The notes under the pieces are model-generated. The model ran no database searches and was not told where the DNA came from. It worked only from the letters and a program-made list of their open reading frames with translations. From a virus: a DNA stretch of 16,409 nt. The translations under genes and the position numbers were made by a program. Positions 14,832-16,409 of this stretch are shown here, one piece after another; the stretch's first letter is position 1; each line of letters opens with the position of its first letter. The stretch spans positions 1-16,409 of IMG/VR virus record IMGVR_UViG_3300045988_104897; one strand, 5' to 3'.

Positions 14832-15257
14832 TTAGCCGATAAGTTTAAAAGTAAGCATGGATCCAAGACGAACCTTACGGTTAATAATCTCGATCGTTGC
14901 GGGGTTATCCGCATCAATAACGGGGCGAATTGTCTTCAAACGCTGCAACGCCTGGTAAAGGCCAACCGACTGCGCTTCATACGTTGCACCGTCTGCGTCG
15001 GTAATTACAATATGCGGGCGGTTTTCCAGTTCACCAGTAAGCTGGTTTACTGCTTCTATAGGCTCAACAAGCCAGGCAATCATGACAATGGTTTTGCCCG
15101 CAAAGTCCGAAAGCTTGTAATCAGATGCAACACCGGCATTGAAGGCCGCAATCTGGCCTGCTTCGGTAGACAGATCGTAAGATGCAGCAAACCCATAATT
15201 TGCGTTACCGGTAGCAATCTCGGTTACTTCTGCGTTTGCAATCTCCGTGTTTTCCAT
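14832..15257 (-). CDS. Single-stranded DNA-binding protein, phi29 gp5-like
   Basis: MENTEI... (phi29 gp5 MENTNI...), STEAGQIAAFNA (phi29 TLEGQIKIFNA), ITDADGATYEAQS (phi29 IFAADGSLYSAIS) and C-terminal RLGSMLTFKLI (phi29 KGNVFFSLQL). AAGGAG sits 9 nt upstream. Matches are from memory of the gp5 sequence. Confidence 0.65.
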   Translation of the reverse strand: MENTEIANAEVTEIATGNANYGFAASYDLSTEAGQIAAFNAGVASDYKLSDFAGKTIVMIAWLVEPIEAVNQLTGELENRPHIVITDADGATYEAQSVGLYQALQRLKTIRPVIDADNPATIEIINRKVRLGSMLTFKLIG

Positions 15258-15282
15258 TTTTCATTTCTCCTTAATCTTGAAA

Positions 15283-15540
15283 CTAGTCAATTTCCTTGCT
15301 GTCATAGCATTTGGCAGATGAATAGAATTCATCCAACGGCATAACATACACCTTGCTTACCTGCTTGGGGCGCTGAATTGAAATATCTTCACCAAACTCT
15401 TTTGCAGCTAGATTGAAGATACGCGCCATGCCAGCGGCAGCAGGATATTCACGCGTGGCGATCTTTTTACCATTGCGGCAAATGTCGCAAGTGGTAACGT
15501 TTTTAGTACGCCAAACATGTTTAGCCTTGGTTACATGCAA
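15283..15540 (-). CDS. Candidate dsDNA-binding, histone-like early protein (phi29 p6-like), 85 aa, TTG start
   Basis: It lies immediately upstream of SSB, matching phi29 gene order 6-5. It has the strongest SD in the genome (AAGGAGGTGA, 6-nt spacer) before the TTG at 15540. Weak resemblances to p6: RTKNVTTCDI versus TKTTVNVAKM, and KVYVMPLDEFYSSA versus EVYELPVEKFLEVA. Confidence 0.4.
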   Translation of the reverse strand: MHVTKAKHVWRTKNVTTCDICRNGKKIATREYPAAAGMARIFNLAAKEFGEDISIQRPKQVSKVYVMPLDEFYSSAKCYDSKEID

Positions 15541-15749
15541 TTTTGGTCACCTCCTTTTGCTAACTCGGTGCTTTCCAAGTCTTCTATCTCACACGCGAGC
15601 CAGTCTAGCAAATCGCGCATAGAGTCTAAATAGCATCTACCAACGTAGTTAGCGCCGTTATCGGCCTCGACGGCTATTTTGTAACAATGCAGTTCTTTGC
15701 TGTAGTTAACTGATACTGTTATTATTCTTCCAACAGATCGCCTAGACAT
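15531..15749 (-). CDS. Hypothetical early protein, 72 aa
   Basis: GAGGAG sits 8 nt upstream of the ATG at 15749. It overlaps the upstream ORF by 28 nt and the downstream ORF by 10 nt. I recognise no motif. Confidence 0.55.
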   Translation of the reverse strand: MSRRSVGRIITVSVNYSKELHCYKIAVEADNGANYVGRCYLDSMRDLLDWLACEIEDLESTELAKGGDQNCM

Positions 15750-15916
15750 TGTCTATTCTCCTCGGTATCAAACTTTTTGTTAAGTTCGATTAAATCATCA
15801 CTAAAATTAGATAGCTTATAGCAACGTTTTTTCTGGTCATATTCGACATGCTGAAACATAATACGCATCAAGTCATATGTGTATTCATCAACAATCGCGT
15901 TTATTTCTTTAGCCAT
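15722..15916 (-). CDS. Hypothetical acidic early protein, 64 aa, first gene of the right arm
   Basis: ORF 15722-15925. I prefer the ATG at 15916 (weak AGAAGAG SD-like sequence 8 nt upstream) over the GTG at 15925. The protein is rich in Asp/Glu. Confidence 0.5.
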   Translation of the reverse strand: MAKEINAIVDEYTYDLMRIMFQHVEYDQKKRCYKLSNFSDDLIELNKKFDTEENRQCLGDLLEE

Positions 15917-16008
15917 AATTACCACTCTTCTATAAAGCGTACACCGTCAACTTCAATAATGAAGCTTCCCAATCTCCTTATATCTTCCGTTCCCTTCCGA
16001 ACAATTAC

Positions 16009-16037
16009 AATATACCAGCCATTGGCGATTATGTCTA
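16009..16037 (-). promoter_or_regulatory. ITR-borne early promoter, right copy, firing inward on the - strand
   Basis: Exact mirror of 373-401: -10 at 16009-16014 and -35 at 16032-16037. It points into the - strand early operon. Confidence 0.6.
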
Positions 16038-16154
16038 GTGCTTTGGATTAATTTGTTTGGATTTTATTCATTGGCAAATGCTATGTGTTTCAGTTCATTA
16101 TCAGTTCATTATCAGTTCATTAATTTATTGCGCATTAATTTATTGCGTTGGGCT

Positions 16155-16404
16155 GTGCAGTATTTTATTGGGCTGTGGTGGGCAGTAATTTATTGCGCTG
16201 GAGTGGGCAGTATTTTATTGTGCTGGAGTGGACAGTAATTTATTGTGCTGGAGTGGGCAGTAATTTATTGCGCTGGAGTGGACAGTAATTTATTGCGCTG
16301 GAGTGGGCTGGATTTTACTGTGCTGGAGTGTGCTGGATTTTATTGTGCTGGGGCGGGCAGTAATTTATTGCGCTGGAGTGGACAGTAATTTATTGCGCTG
16401 GAGT
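16155..16404. repeat. Mirror copy of the 25-bp tandem array in the right ITR
   Basis: Reverse complement of 6-255, for example ggacagtaatttattgcgctggagt units at the right end. Confidence 0.9.
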
Positions 16405-16409
16405 GGGCT

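Larger units (their letters stand above)
15965..16409. repeat. Right inverted terminal repeat (ITR)
   Basis: Mirror copy of 1-445. The window ends ...gcgctggagtgggct, which is the reverse complement of agcccactccagcgc at the window start. Confidence 0.93.

Noticed and set aside
1-16409. Long terminal inverted repeats plus PolB could indicate a transposon, casposon, polinton-like element or linear plasmid
   Set aside because: There is no transposase, integrase or Cas1. The interior is a full phi29-type virion module (scaffold, capsid, portal, tail knob, packaging ATPase) plus a lysis module. A phage genome is the simplest reading.
1-16409. tRNA, rRNA, integrase/repressor (lysogeny) module, DGR or toxin-antitoxin genes
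   Set aside because: No cloverleaf-like sequences, recombinase motifs or HTH repressor-like ORFs were seen in any gap. All gaps except 10584-10785 and the ITRs are shorter than 55 bp.

Overview
The window is, end to end, a complete linear genome (16,409 bp) of a small phi29-like podophage that replicates by protein priming (Picovirinae/Salasmaviridae-style). Perfect 445-bp inverted terminal repeats (1-445 and 15965-16409) bracket it. Each ITR carries ten 25-bp tandem units (twelve copies of the core motif), shorter 15-bp and 11-bp repeats, and an inward-facing sigma-A type promoter with a Shine-Dalgarno sequence. The left arm (446-1314, + strand) holds four small orphan early ORFs, two of which are below the ORF-track cutoff. 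Everything else is on the - strand. From the right end the order is: three small early ORFs (one p6-like), a phi29 gp5-like SSB, a terminator, terminal protein, family-B DNA polymerase, holin, and a GH25 endolysin. A roughly 200-bp structured non-coding unit with its own promoter and terminator follows. The late module then runs scaffold, gp8-like capsid, gp9-like tail knob, gp10-like portal, collar, two fibre-like proteins, a tail lysin (lysozyme-like plus NlpC/P60) and a gp16-like packaging ATPase. I saw no integrase, repressor, tRNA or CRISPR. Homology calls rest on remembered phi29 protein motifs, not on database searches. The most interesting items are the phased 25-bp terminal repeat array with a candidate p6-like binding protein, the ITR-embedded promoter/leader, and the roughly 170-nt promoter-to-terminator structured RNA unit just upstream of the late operon (pRNA-like or an antitermination leader). 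The strong AAGGAG-type SDs, extended -10 promoters, holin family and PG_binding_1 lysin suggest a Gram-positive, Clostridia-like host; this is inference only.
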